Below, one piece after another: positions 17,734-27,575 of a stretch of 64,000 bases of DNA; within the stretch, counting starts at the first letter, position 1, and each line of letters starts with the position of its first letter. The notes under the pieces were generated by a model. That model had not been told where the DNA came from. It saw nothing but the letters and a program-made list of their open reading frames with translations, and searched no databases. The position numbers and the translations under genes were made by a program. This DNA comes from a virus: IMG/VR virus record IMGVR_UViG_3300044799_000154, positions 32,001 to 96,000 of that record. One strand, 5' to 3'.

Positions 17734-18007
17734 ACTTTGTGGAGAATCTGCAAATAGGAAAGGTTGGAGAGTAACCTGGGAACAACTCCCTGCTTTTCTC
17801 ATGGCTACTATAGATGAACTAACAAATGGCTTTGAGAAAGGTTGGAGAGATGATAATCCAGAGAAAATGAATGAAGAGATCGGAGATTGTTTTGTCAGGC
17901 TCTTTCATATATGTCACGATCTAGATATACCAATTGAAGATATCTTAAAGAAGATAATGAAAAACAATGAGAAGAGGATAAAGTTACATGGGCACAAGCG
18001 GATTTAA
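17711..18007 (+). CDS. MazG-like NTP pyrophosphohydrolase
   Basis: IDEL...EEIGDCFVRLFHIC...KNNEKR. Confidence 0.8.
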   Translation: MEIKDYIRLCGESANRKGWRVTWEQLPAFLMATIDELTNGFEKGWRDDNPEKMNEEIGDCFVRLFHICHDLDIPIEDILKKIMKNNEKRIKLHGHKRI

Positions 18008-18533
18008 TCCTAGTCTTCGAAGAAAAGTAATTCAATTGGGAAAAGTCTACATTCCTCCTAATTACATGATTGCTAAAATCTGGAGAAAACCTGATTACAG
18101 AAAAGATATTGCATATTCCTGTAATATTCATGTTGCTACTTTAGCTTCCTTAACAGAGCAACAAACTAACAGAATAATCTCAGTGTCCAAAGTTAAACCT
18201 TTGGTTAAATATCCACTCAAACTCTGGAGGAATGCTGGAGTTACTACAAGTTATTTTGATATAGAAAAAGTTGTGGCTGCTTTTGATTATCCTTTGAAAC
18301 AAAAATGTGTTCTAACAATTCGTCCTACTCTAGATTCTAATGGACATTCCATGCTTATGAATATTGGTTACTTCTTATGGCAAGTAGCTAGAGCTTATCA
18401 AGATATAGTTTATGTGAGTCCTCAGAAATATGGTATTTGGGGTCATGGTTTAAATGATCTTTACTTTGAAACTATAATTTTGAAGAAAATATCGCCTAAG
18501 AATTATTATGGAGTAGTTGATTTTGGGTCTTAA
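17988..18533 (+). CDS. hypothetical protein, N-terminal NPSLR tag
   Basis: 181-aa ORF. Confidence 0.65.
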   Translation: MGTSGFNPSLRRKVIQLGKVYIPPNYMIAKIWRKPDYRKDIAYSCNIHVATLASLTEQQTNRIISVSKVKPLVKYPLKLWRNAGVTTSYFDIEKVVAAFDYPLKQKCVLTIRPTLDSNGHSMLMNIGYFLWQVARAYQDIVYVSPQKYGIWGHGLNDLYFETIILKKISPKNYYGVVDFGS

Positions 18534-18786
18534 TAACAATAATGCAATAAAGACTAGAGAAAAAACAGGGAAGGAAATCTTTTGCCCTGTTTGTGGATCT
18601 AAGGTTAAACCTAAATGTCCATTCTATGCTTTTTGTACTTACAGATTAAATGATCTGGGAATTCCTCATCTTTGTGTATCTCATCCTGAGATGTGTGATT
18701 TCTTCAAAAGTCAAGGAGGAATTTCCAAGATGAATGTTGAAGTTAACCCGAGTAGAAGAGATGAACTAGATTATGAGCCTATCTGA
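18517..18786 (+). CDS. Zn-finger protein, C-terminal NPSRR tag
   Basis: CPVCG...CPFYAFC. Confidence 0.55.
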   Translation: MILGLNNNNAIKTREKTGKEIFCPVCGSKVKPKCPFYAFCTYRLNDLGIPHLCVSHPEMCDFFKSQGGISKMNVEVNPSRRDELDYEPI

Positions 18787-20500
18787 GAATGCTAAATATA
18801 TTCTTAAACAAAGATACTTAAAGAAAGATGAAAATAGAGAGACCATAGAGTCTCCTAGACAATTGTTCAGACGAGTATCTAGAGCTATCGCTGAAGTTGA
18901 TTTGAAGTATGGAAAAACAAAGGAAGAAATAAAGAAAGAGGAAACTGATTTTCTAAACATGATGCTCAAGTTTGAATTCTTACCTAATTCACCAACTTTG
19001 ATGAATGCAGGAACAGACCTGGGACAATTGTCTGCTTGCTTTGTATTGCCAGTAGATGATGATATAGATGCTATCTTTGAAGCTGTTCATTATACTGCTA
19101 AGATACATAAAACAGGAGGAGGAACAGGAATGTCTTTCTCTAGACTTAGACCTAAAGATGATGTGGTCAAGTCTACAGGAGGAATAGCTTCTGGTCCAAT
19201 ATCTTTTATGACTGTCTTTGATTCTGCTACTGAAGTGATAAAGCAAGGAGGAAAACGTAGAGGAGCTAATATGGGACTTCTAAGAGTAGATCATCCAGAC
19301 ATATTTGACTTCATAGTTCTAAAAGAAAAAGAAGGAGTTCTGAGGAATTTCAATATCTCCATTGGACTCACTAAAGAATTCATGGATGCTGTAGAGAAAG
19401 ATTTGGACTTTAATCTGGTTAATCCTAAGACACATAAGGTTTCCAAGACTATTAGAGCTAGAGCTCTATGGAATCTAATAATTACTATGAGTTGGAAGAA
19501 TGGAGAACCAGGTATTATCTTCTTGGATAAGATGAATGATACAAATCCAACTCCAGACCTCGGAGACATAGAGTCTACTAATCCTTGTGCAGAACAACCA
19601 CTTCTTCCCTATGAGTCTTGTAATCTTGGGTCTATCAACCTATCAAAGTTTGTTAAGAATGGAAAAATAGAATGGACAAAGTTAAGAAAAATAATACGTC
19701 TATCAGTTAGATTCCTAGATAATGTAGTAGATGCTAACAAGTATCCTTTGCCACAAATAGAACAGATGACATTGGGAAATAGGAAAATAGGACTTGGAGC
19801 AATGGGTTGGGCAGATATGCTCTTAATGCTAGGCATACGCTATGATTCTGATCAAGGAATAGACCTAGCTAAGAAGATAATGCAGTTCATTCAGAAAGAG
19901 GGATTCCAAATGTCTCAAGAACTTGGGAAGGAGAAAGGTAATTTCCCAAATATCTCCAAGAGTATCTACAAAGATTTATCTTTTCTAAGGAATGCAACGA
20001 TCACTACAATAGCTCCCACTGGAACTATTAGTATTATTGCTAATTGCTCAAGTGGAATTGAACCTATCTATGCTGTTGTTCAAAGAAGAAATGTTAAGGA
20101 AACTCTAGGAAAAGACTTGATAGAGGTTAATCCAGCTATTAGACATTCACTAGAATTGAAAGGATTATGGAGTCCTCAAATGGAAGAAGCTCTAAAGAAG
20201 ACTCAATGTATTAAATGTAGCTTACTACCGAAAGAGACCAAGGATGTAGTAGTTACATCTGCTGAGATAAAACCAGAATGGCATGTAAAGATGCAAGCAG
20301 CTTTCCAAGAATATACTAATAATGCAGTATCTAAGACAATTAATCTTCCTTCAGATGCTACTCCAAATGATATTGAGGATATTTATCTTTTAGCTTACAA
20401 GTTAAACTGTAAAGGAATAACAGTATATCGTGATGGTAGTAGGAAACATCAACTGTTAACAAAAGAGGAAGGAGTGTGTCCTGTCTGTGGCGACAATTAA
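18773..20500 (+). CDS. nrdJ: class II (B12-dependent) ribonucleotide reductase
   Basis: FLPNSPTLMNAG, QLSACFV, RRGANMG, TNPCAEQPL, CNLGS, IAPTGT, SKTIN, GITVYRDGSR. Confidence 0.95.
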   Translation: MSLSENAKYILKQRYLKKDENRETIESPRQLFRRVSRAIAEVDLKYGKTKEEIKKEETDFLNMMLKFEFLPNSPTLMNAGTDLGQLSACFVLPVDDDIDAIFEAVHYTAKIHKTGGGTGMSFSRLRPKDDVVKSTGGIASGPISFMTVFDSATEVIKQGGKRRGANMGLLRVDHPDIFDFIVLKEKEGVLRNFNISIGLTKEFMDAVEKDLDFNLVNPKTHKVSKTIRARALWNLIITMSWKNGEPGIIFLDKMNDTNPTPDLGDIESTNPCAEQPLLPYESCNLGSINLSKFVKNGKIEWTKLRKIIRLSVRFLDNVVDANKYPLPQIEQMTLGNRKIGLGAMGWADMLLMLGIRYDSDQGIDLAKKIMQFIQKEGFQMSQELGKEKGNFPNISKSIYKDLSFLRNATITTIAPTGTISIIANCSSGIEPIYAVVQRRNVKETLGKDLIEVNPAIRHSLELKGLWSPQMEEALKKTQCIKCSLLPKETKDVVVTSAEIKPEWHVKMQAAFQEYTNNAVSKTINLPSDATPNDIEDIYLLAYKLNCKGITVYRDGSRKHQLLTKEEGVCPVCGDN

Positions 20501-20792
20501 GAAAGAATGTTTGGGACAACATGATTATGCTCGTGAGGATTGTTATTCTTGTCCTCAAAGAGTAGAATGTATGCTCAAGAAGTTTGAAAATAAAGAACAA
20601 TTTGATGATTGGGGAGATGGAGAGAAACCTAACTGCTTTGGAAGTTACAGAGGAAGAGCAGACTGTGGTTCTTGTGGATATAGAAAGGAATGCTCTGGAA
20701 TTAGCAAAGATATTCTTAAAGGAAAGACTCAGAAAAGACATGGTGGCAAGTACAAAAGTAGAGGCAAGGAAATAGAGAGGGATATCTATTGA
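20487..20792 (+). CDS. Cys-rich protein with two repeated Cys clusters
   Basis: CLG...CYSC...C / CFG...CGSC...C internal repeat. Confidence 0.6.
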   Translation: MATIKKECLGQHDYAREDCYSCPQRVECMLKKFENKEQFDDWGDGEKPNCFGSYRGRADCGSCGYRKECSGISKDILKGKTQKRHGGKYKSRGKEIERDIY

Positions 20793-21055
20793 CAACTATT
20801 AGAGAAAGAATAGAAGATGACCAGTTCTTTCCATGGGTTATTAATCATTTTGTAAAACATAAAGGGCAAGTTCCACTTTGCTGTTTTTCCAATAAGAAAA
20901 CAAAGAAAGGGTGGGTTTTAAACTGCACTTGGTTACGGTCTCAAGGAGTAAAAGACCTCTCTTTTAAAGAGTTCCAAGTCAAATGTTTAGAATGTCAGAA
21001 AGAGATTGAAAAGAAAATAAGAGAATGGGATGAAGCTTATGGCAAAAGTTCATAG
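20789..21055 (+). CDS. hypothetical protein
   Basis: TTGA overlap. Confidence 0.55.
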   Translation: MTTIRERIEDDQFFPWVINHFVKHKGQVPLCCFSNKKTKKGWVLNCTWLRSQGVKDLSFKEFQVKCLECQKEIEKKIREWDEAYGKSS

Positions 21056-21278
21056 ATATAAACACGGAAAGGGAGAAAGGATAACTGTTCTAAATAACAA
21101 TGGCACAGTAGGAGCCGTCATCTATATAGACAAAAAAGGTAATGTTCATTGTGATAGCTGGATTAATTACAATCAAACCAACAAGAAGAAATTTGATGGG
21201 GCTATGTATGATGATTCTAAATCTAAATCCAGAAAATTTGATCCATCTTATAGGGAATGCAAAGGATTGATATCATGA
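21030..21278 (+). CDS. hypothetical protein, C-terminal DPSYR tag variant
   Basis: FDPSYR. Confidence 0.55.
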   Translation: MKLMAKVHRYKHGKGERITVLNNNGTVGAVIYIDKKGNVHCDSWINYNQTNKKKFDGAMYDDSKSKSRKFDPSYRECKGLIS

Positions 21279-21838
21279 GTTTACATCCAATTGATAGGCA
21301 AAAGAAGAATTGGACTGATGAAGAATTAGAAAAGATGTTTATATTTTGTCTATTAGATAGAGCAATGCCTTATGAAAAAGTATGCAAAGCTTTCAATCAT
21401 TTAGATCAATGTGGATTAACTACAAGAAATGGACTTAAACGAATATCTTATCCTTACAAAGATGAAGCACATATTGCTAATAAATTACGAGAAGTCGGCT
21501 ATCGCTTTCCTAATCAAACTGCTAAATTTCTAATGTTATTCGTTTCTAATCCAATTGATTTGAGAAATGCGTCCAGAGATGAGATTGCAGAGAATGTTAA
21601 GGGAATAGGGTATAAACTTGCTTCAATGTTCTTAAGAAATACTCGTGGAGAAGAATATGCTGTCTTAGATGTTCATGTCAAAAGATGGCTCAAAGAGAAA
21701 GGCATCCTATTCAAGAAATACAAAGATCAGGAAAGAGCATTCCTGAGTTTGGCTAGAGCTATGGGTAAAACTCCCTATGAGTTAGATATGGAAATATGGC
21801 AGGAACGTAGAATTGGGAACAAAAATAAATCCAAGTAA
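21257..21838 (+). CDS. ogg: 8-oxoguanine DNA glycosylase/AP lyase (HhH-GPD, Ogg2-type)
   Basis: GYRFPN, VKGIGYKLASMFLRN, AVLDVHV, LDMEIW. Confidence 0.85.
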   Translation: MQRIDIMSLHPIDRQKKNWTDEELEKMFIFCLLDRAMPYEKVCKAFNHLDQCGLTTRNGLKRISYPYKDEAHIANKLREVGYRFPNQTAKFLMLFVSNPIDLRNASRDEIAENVKGIGYKLASMFLRNTRGEEYAVLDVHVKRWLKEKGILFKKYKDQERAFLSLARAMGKTPYELDMEIWQERRIGNKNKSK

Positions 21839-22049
21839 AAGATATCAAGGTTCTCTTCCTTCTTTAGCTTTATATTTAGAAGCTTTGAAAGATGGAAATA
21901 ACAAATGTGTTTGTTGTGGTTATCCAGTTCAACTTTCTAATGTTTCTTCTTTCTCAAGAAGATACGTTAACTTCAAATGGCAATGGTTTCTGATATGCAA
22001 AAATGATTATTGTGAAAGAATGGAAAGAAGTGGAAAGTATGCGGATTAA
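21813..22049 (+). CDS. Zn-finger protein, N-terminal NPSKR tag
   Basis: MGTKINPSKR; CVCCG...C..DYC. Confidence 0.6.
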   Translation: MGTKINPSKRYQGSLPSLALYLEALKDGNNKCVCCGYPVQLSNVSSFSRRYVNFKWQWFLICKNDYCERMERSGKYAD

Positions 22050-22203
22050 TCCCAGTAGAAGATTTCAAAAAGAAGACTTCTATTGTTATCTAGAAGCAGA
22101 TTCTCTTGTTATTACGAAAGAAGAACTCACGGAGTTAGAATCATTAAAAATAGATATTCTAAGAACGTATCATATTAAGAAAATTAGGAGGAAAGAAATA
22201 TGA
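22039..22203 (+). CDS. small protein, N-terminal NPSRR tag
   Basis: MRINPSRRF (ORF track start 22003). Confidence 0.55.
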   Translation: MRINPSRRFQKEDFYCYLEADSLVITKEELTELESLKIDILRTYHIKKIRRKEI

Positions 22204-22216
22204 AAAGAACCAAAGA

Positions 22217-22236
22217 CTTAAATACAGGTGAAACAC
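22217..22236 (+). promoter_or_regulatory. TATA-box promoter with downstream GTGAAACAC element, at the head of the replication module
   Basis: CTTAAATA-CAG-GTGAAACAC; repeated at 31256 (+) and 56328-56347 (-). Confidence 0.5.
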
Positions 22237-22271
22237 CTTGTATGTTGGAAGGAAGGATGGTGTCCTAGAAG

Positions 22272-23249
22272 ATGCCACAAGAAACTGATGTAGTTAAGAG
22301 ACTAAAGAAAGGTATCAATCTCCTTTACATGCATGATGATGCAGATGGTATTACCTCTGCTGTTCTTTTAAGCCATGCGTTTCCTGTCAAAGAAGTCTTC
22401 TGTCCTGAAGACTTTGGAGAATGGGCAGCAAAGGCAGATATTGCAAAGAAATACATTCCGCCAGATGTTGCTGTTGACATGGTTCCAAAAGATCCAGAAT
22501 GGGCTGGTCTATGTATAGATCATCACCCTACTCATCCTGCAAGCAATGTGAGAAAATATACTTTAGTCTGGGATGGAGGATATCCTGCAACAGGCATTAT
22601 TTACAATCTCTTCAAAGATTATATTCCACCAGAACATCATTGGAAGATGGTTGTAGGCTTAGTTGGGGATGGACAGGCTGATTTGATTCCACCTGAGATT
22701 TGGGCAAAGTGTCCAAGTTTGCTAGATGGTTATGGATCGGTCTATGAAAAGTATGGGAAGGTAACAATCTATAAACTCCCAGTGTATCTCAAACTCTCCT
22801 CGTTTATCAATGCTCCTTGTAAGATACCTGACAAGTGGTATACAGGATATCAAATTTTGAAGAATGCTAAAGAACCTTTGGATATCATAGAAGACCCTGC
22901 ATTAAGAGCAGCTAAAGAAACTGTAGATGAAGAATACAAAAGAGTTATGCGGGATTCGGCACCTATTGAATTTCCTAATCTTAGAGTATGGAGACTATCT
23001 TCAGACTATAAGTTGGAAAGAACAATAGCATGGAAAGCAAGTGAGATAGACCAAAAGACTTGTCTTATTGTAAACACAAAAACAGGGCGTATGTCGTTGC
23101 GAGGAGTATTAAGTCTAGTAATTTATGAGGAATTGAAAAAGATGAATTACAACATAAATGGACATCCAGGCTTTGGGGGCGGAAAGCTAACAAAGAATCA
23201 GTCACCAGAGCAATTAATCCGAGATTTAAGAAAGATCAAAATAATCTAA
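22272..23249 (+). CDS. DHH-family phosphoesterase (RecJ/GAN/Cdc45-like)
   Basis: HDDADG, VD, IDHH, GLVGD, GHPGFGG motifs. Confidence 0.85.
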   Translation: MPQETDVVKRLKKGINLLYMHDDADGITSAVLLSHAFPVKEVFCPEDFGEWAAKADIAKKYIPPDVAVDMVPKDPEWAGLCIDHHPTHPASNVRKYTLVWDGGYPATGIIYNLFKDYIPPEHHWKMVVGLVGDGQADLIPPEIWAKCPSLLDGYGSVYEKYGKVTIYKLPVYLKLSSFINAPCKIPDKWYTGYQILKNAKEPLDIIEDPALRAAKETVDEEYKRVMRDSAPIEFPNLRVWRLSSDYKLERTIAWKASEIDQKTCLIVNTKTGRMSLRGVLSLVIYEELKKMNYNINGHPGFGGGKLTKNQSPEQLIRDLRKIKII

Positions 23250-23265
23250 AAGGAGGAAAAGAAAA

Positions 23266-24333
23266 ATGGATAAAGAATTCATAAATAGGTGGGTTAAAAG
23301 CACCAAAAAACCACTCAAAGAACTAGAGAAGAAATTTGATGAGATATGTATGGAGGTTGATAGACTCCATGCAGAGAAATCAGATTTGGAGAGAGAAAGA
23401 ATCTCTAAGGTTCTATTCCGTAAAGAAATGGGAAGAGAACTTTACTCTAAATCAAAACCAGACACATACTTCGGTTTCATCCTTGGAACAAACCGAGCCT
23501 TTGACATAAATGAAAACTATAGACGCAAAGCACTTGCTCGTGCAAGAGAAGATCCAGTTCAAGCACAACTTGAGGGATTGATTGATGAGCAAGGTACACC
23601 TCTGGACCCAAGAGAAAAGTTAGGAACTAGGGATAACCCCAACTTCCATAAGCCTCTGACTGAACATCTTTGGACTCGCAAGGTCTATGGTATTGCTCAG
23701 AAAGAAGGAACTAAGGGTCCTCTAGTATTCGTCATGTCATTATGGCGAGCTAGTGCAAAGAACTTTACATACAAACCATTTGTACCTGTAGAGTTTAAAG
23801 CTCTAACAAAGGACATGAAGAAAGGATACTACACTCTAAATGTATCTACACAGACCAAGTTCCAGGTCACAAGGAAAGAAGTGGACTTCGAGAAGTGGAT
23901 TAGAGATGCTTCTAAAGTGGTAGCATTGGCTGATCTGAAAAAGATAGCAGGACAGCACATGAAAGAGTTTGATTTCTTCATTGTCACGGAGGGAGACGTG
24001 GATCTCATTCGTCCCGAAGTAAATGCAAACACAAACAGCAGAAGTATCATTCTATCAGATGCCGATTCTGGCATGATAGAAACTGTAAGACTGTTCCTAT
24101 CAGCAGACTTTCCAATAGGCTTCTCAGAACTTAGCAGAGTACTTGTGCTAGGAAAGCCTCGACTCTGGAAGAGAAATGATGAAGATGAGGAACAAGTCAG
24201 CATGGAAGCATTTTCAATATACCCATTGCCAGGCAAGACTGTAACTGGAGTAGAAGCACCAACTGAAAACATACCCACTGAAGGTGAAGATGAAGGTCCC
24301 ATCGTGGAATTCGTTGAAGAACCTGAGAAGTAA
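23266..24333 (+). CDS. putative single-stranded DNA-binding (OB-fold) protein
   Basis: Replication-module context, OB-like beta pattern (IILSD...VRLF...RVLVLGK), acidic C-terminal tail. Confidence 0.5.
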   Translation: MDKEFINRWVKSTKKPLKELEKKFDEICMEVDRLHAEKSDLERERISKVLFRKEMGRELYSKSKPDTYFGFILGTNRAFDINENYRRKALARAREDPVQAQLEGLIDEQGTPLDPREKLGTRDNPNFHKPLTEHLWTRKVYGIAQKEGTKGPLVFVMSLWRASAKNFTYKPFVPVEFKALTKDMKKGYYTLNVSTQTKFQVTRKEVDFEKWIRDASKVVALADLKKIAGQHMKEFDFFIVTEGDVDLIRPEVNANTNSRSIILSDADSGMIETVRLFLSADFPIGFSELSRVLVLGKPRLWKRNDEDEEQVSMEAFSIYPLPGKTVTGVEAPTENIPTEGEDEGPIVEFVEEPEK

Positions 24334-24338
24334 GGTGA

Positions 24339-25220
24339 ATGAACTTGAAGTTTAAAGAGTTCAAATGGATTCCTTTGAAGAGCTTGAAAGTCTCTGACGA
24401 GAACATCAGGAAAACTTTGATAGATAGAGAAAAGGATGCTCTTAAAAAGTGCATTCGAGCCAAGGTTATACTCGATGTTCTTACTGTAGTATACAATGAG
24501 AATGACCAAACCTATGAGATCATTAAAGGACAAAGACGACTAATAGCAGCTCTGGAACTTCAAAAAGAAGGATTTCCAATAAAGGAACTTCCTTGTATAG
24601 TAAAAGTTCCAGAGAACACTACTAAACCAGAAGGGGCAGAAGAATGTGTCTGTGATGAACTATTGCGATGTGGTACTGAAGCTAATGATATTGGACAAGC
24701 CATTCAAAAGTTGATAGCATATTATGGTTCAGTAAACAAAGTTAGCCAAGAACTTGGTATAGCTGAAGATTGGCTAAACTACTATATCCAACATTTGAAT
24801 CTTAATGAGCCAGCAAATGCACAAGAAGCTACTAGTTCTGTCACATCCAAGATCTTAGAAGATTTTAGTAAGAAAGAACCTGATGTGGAAGCAGTTACAG
24901 ATCCTTTGGCTGACTTTTCGTTGGAAGAACGGAAAGAAGCTGAGAGGAGAATACTTGAGACACCAAAAGTGTCAATACCTGTAATCAAATCTGCTACAAA
25001 GGATTGGTTGGACAACTCTAGAGATTTTCTTTTTAGAGTTGATGAAAAGAACTTCCAGGCTCTCTCAGATTGGGCTAAGACTGGTCAAGCTAAAGTGAAT
25101 ATTACTATTGACATAGAACTGCCAATTCATGAACAAGGAATTCAAATAAGACGAGCAATGGATATTGTCGTTAATGAAGCTCTTAAAGAAATCCTAAGAA
25201 AGTTACATTTCAGAACCTAA
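24339..25220 (+). CDS. ParB/Srx N-terminal domain protein with HTH
   Basis: IPLKSLKVS.ENIR, YEIIKGQRRLIA; HTH-like VNKVSQELGI. Confidence 0.75.
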   Translation: MNLKFKEFKWIPLKSLKVSDENIRKTLIDREKDALKKCIRAKVILDVLTVVYNENDQTYEIIKGQRRLIAALELQKEGFPIKELPCIVKVPENTTKPEGAEECVCDELLRCGTEANDIGQAIQKLIAYYGSVNKVSQELGIAEDWLNYYIQHLNLNEPANAQEATSSVTSKILEDFSKKEPDVEAVTDPLADFSLEERKEAERRILETPKVSIPVIKSATKDWLDNSRDFLFRVDEKNFQALSDWAKTGQAKVNITIDIELPIHEQGIQIRRAMDIVVNEALKEILRKLHFRT

Positions 25221-25240
25221 GCTCCCAAGTTTCTTTGGAG
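25221..25240 (+). terminator. short stem-loop after stop codon
   Basis: GCTCCCAAG-tt-TCTTTGGAGC imperfect hairpin. Confidence 0.3.
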
Positions 25241-25265
25241 CATATCATTAAATTGAGGTCAGAAC

Positions 25266-25658
25266 ATGAGTCAGAAATTTAAAATAGCAACAGAAAGTAT
25301 CAAAGGTACAAAGTTCAGTATTGAATTCGAAATAACAAACAGTGGATCTTGGAAAATAAGTAACTTACCACCACTTCCTAAAAGGAACTATTGGAATTGG
25401 AATACAAATTACTATTACAAAAACTATCCTGTCTTGAAAGAGTTACTATTTGTAATTAACTTTCTAAAAGAAAATCAGATCAAATTAAACACCCTAAGTG
25501 CCAGAGACCTTTCAGAGATAATCTGTATGTTGTTAGAAATAAAAATAATACCTAAGCAGAACACCGTAGGCAGCGTCCTAAGTAAGAAATATCCAAAGAA
25601 AGCCTTGGTTCTTACTCATGTTATAAAAGACCTTGAAACTAAATTGAAATTAATATAG
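25266..25658 (+). CDS. hypothetical protein
   Basis: SD GAGGT upstream; 130 aa. Confidence 0.6.
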   Translation: MSQKFKIATESIKGTKFSIEFEITNSGSWKISNLPPLPKRNYWNWNTNYYYKNYPVLKELLFVINFLKENQIKLNTLSARDLSEIICMLLEIKIIPKQNTVGSVLSKKYPKKALVLTHVIKDLETKLKLI

Positions 25659-25671
25659 GAGGAAAAAGAAA

Positions 25672-26595
25672 ATGTCATTTTGTTCTACAGGATGCAAGAG
25701 CTTGGATGATATGATGAATGGTGGATTCCCACTGAAAGCTCCTAGTTTAGTCTTTGGTATTCCAAACCTGGGAAAGACTTGGTTATGCTTTCAGACTGCT
25801 TCTAACTGCACTCGTGAGATAAGCAAAGGTGGACTTGGAAGACCAGCTTTATACTTGGATACAGAATCATTCTTTACTCCAGATGTCTTTGATAGATTCT
25901 ATGGATACTTTGGGAAGAGATGGACTGACCTGCCCAAGAATCCAAAGATAGAAGTTAAGATGATCTCAGATATCTTCGAACTTGGTAAAGAATTCGGCAT
26001 TCAGTATGAAATTGTTCAAGAGGAAGCAAGAGTTTCTGTATTGGCTAAGTTCCCTACTGATAGGCAAGCAAAACTTGCTGAAGGAAAAGGAGATGTAGTA
26101 AAACAAACTGTTCAGACTTATGATTGGCTAACAGGATCTCCTATTTGGAAAGCAATGGAAGCTAAGAACTATGGCATAATAGTTCTGGATTCAATAACAG
26201 TACCAATTAAAAGTGTTATTCCAAAAGGAACACAACATTTGCCTGGACGAGGAACTCTAATAACATCATTACTAGGAACTTTATATCCAATAGCTAAACA
26301 CTTCAATTGTGCAATTGTTATAACAGATCACTACTCAAGCAATCCAATGATGGGATATGGTCAGGGATTTGGAGGGAGTGCATGGGGAGGTCAAGACATG
26401 ATGTTCTACATTAAGTATCACTATGGAATAGCACCTGCTCTCAAAGAACAGAGAGAGAAATATGGACCAGATGCAGAAAGACTCAGAAGGATTGAAAGAC
26501 ATAGATTTCCAGGATTAGACAAAGATATTCAATTGTTCTTGCTAATGAAAGACTACGGATACACAGACGTACCTAGAGGTTCTAGACCTGCTTAG
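25672..26595 (+). CDS. radA: RadA/RadB-like recombinase (RecA-family ATPase)
   Basis: STGCKSLDDMMNGG, Walker A GIPNLGKT, LYLDTE, Walker B IIVLDS. Confidence 0.85.
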   Translation: MSFCSTGCKSLDDMMNGGFPLKAPSLVFGIPNLGKTWLCFQTASNCTREISKGGLGRPALYLDTESFFTPDVFDRFYGYFGKRWTDLPKNPKIEVKMISDIFELGKEFGIQYEIVQEEARVSVLAKFPTDRQAKLAEGKGDVVKQTVQTYDWLTGSPIWKAMEAKNYGIIVLDSITVPIKSVIPKGTQHLPGRGTLITSLLGTLYPIAKHFNCAIVITDHYSSNPMMGYGQGFGGSAWGGQDMMFYIKYHYGIAPALKEQREKYGPDAERLRRIERHRFPGLDKDIQLFLLMKDYGYTDVPRGSRPA

Positions 26596-26606
26596 AGGGA
26601 TAACCA

Positions 26607-26807
26607 ATGACAGGCACTAAAACTACTGCAAAGACTGAATCCAAGAAGTATCCTTGTGTTTTTAAACTAACAGATGATTGCCCAGTGAAAGCTGAGTTTA
26701 AGTTGAAACCAGAGAACTTGAGACCTTGGTGTGAAATATGTCCTATTAGACATCAAGAGATCAAAGAAGTTGAAGCTGAAGTAGAAGCAGATCAAGAAAA
26801 AAGTTAG
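26607..26807 (+). CDS. small Cys-containing protein
   Basis: C...CP...CEICP. Confidence 0.6.
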   Translation: MTGTKTTAKTESKKYPCVFKLTDDCPVKAEFKLKPENLRPWCEICPIRHQEIKEVEAEVEADQEKS

Positions 26808-26817
26808 GGATAAGAAG

Positions 26818-27561
26818 ATGAAGAAATCTCCAGACAATAATAATCTACAAATAACATTCCCAATAGAAGACCAACTGAAAGATGAAGAAGAGAAAAAGAA
26901 TGGGAATGGTTTACAGACCTCATTTGCTCCAGGATTTACAGGAATTATAGTTGATGTTCATGAGCCAAAGATAATTGCTCTATCTCTTCAGAAAGACAAA
27001 GGTCTTCTTGTTAAAGTTATGTCATTGAAATCTGGAGACTATGTCTTTGCAAATGTTGGAATTGAAAGGAAGGACTTTGGGGACTATATGACTAGCTTAA
27101 CCTCTGGTCGGCTTTGGGAACAAATGTATAACTTAAAGAGAACTTATGAGAGACCTGTTCTAGTTGTTGAAGGTCTCAAAGATCCAACTTTACAATTGGC
27201 TGGAAACATCTCTATCAGGTTTGTTAGTTCTTTGTCAAGGATAATTCTTATGGGAATATCTGTTGTCGTACTTCCAACTCTTGCTCATTTTCTAAGTTTT
27301 ATTCAGTATACATACTTATCTTGTGGTCGGCAAGGAATAAGTATGAAACCAATTCCCAAGAAACCTTGGTATCGAGAGAAGGAAGAAATCAAAGAAGACC
27401 TTCTTTGTATGTGCCCAGGAATAGGAAGAAAGACAGCTAAATCTATCTTAGCTAGATTTAATACGTTTGATAAACTAATGGCTGCTAGTCCATTGGAGAT
27501 AGCAAATACAGGTCTAGGGAAAAAGAGAAGTCAGGCACTCTGGGAAATACTTCATACCTGA
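26818..27561 (+). CDS. ERCC4/XPF-family structure-specific endonuclease with HhH
   Basis: IIVDVHE, GDY, IERKD, SGRLWEQ, PGIGRKTA. Confidence 0.9.
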   Translation: MKKSPDNNNLQITFPIEDQLKDEEEKKNGNGLQTSFAPGFTGIIVDVHEPKIIALSLQKDKGLLVKVMSLKSGDYVFANVGIERKDFGDYMTSLTSGRLWEQMYNLKRTYERPVLVVEGLKDPTLQLAGNISIRFVSSLSRIILMGISVVVLPTLAHFLSFIQYTYLSCGRQGISMKPIPKKPWYREKEEIKEDLLCMCPGIGRKTAKSILARFNTFDKLMAASPLEIANTGLGKKRSQALWEILHT

Positions 27562-27575
27562 AGGAAGGATGCACA

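Noticed and set aside
23829-24533. 234-aa and other antisense ORFs across the window
   Set aside because: Shadows of well-supported genes on the opposite strand with low-complexity Ser/Phe/Leu composition
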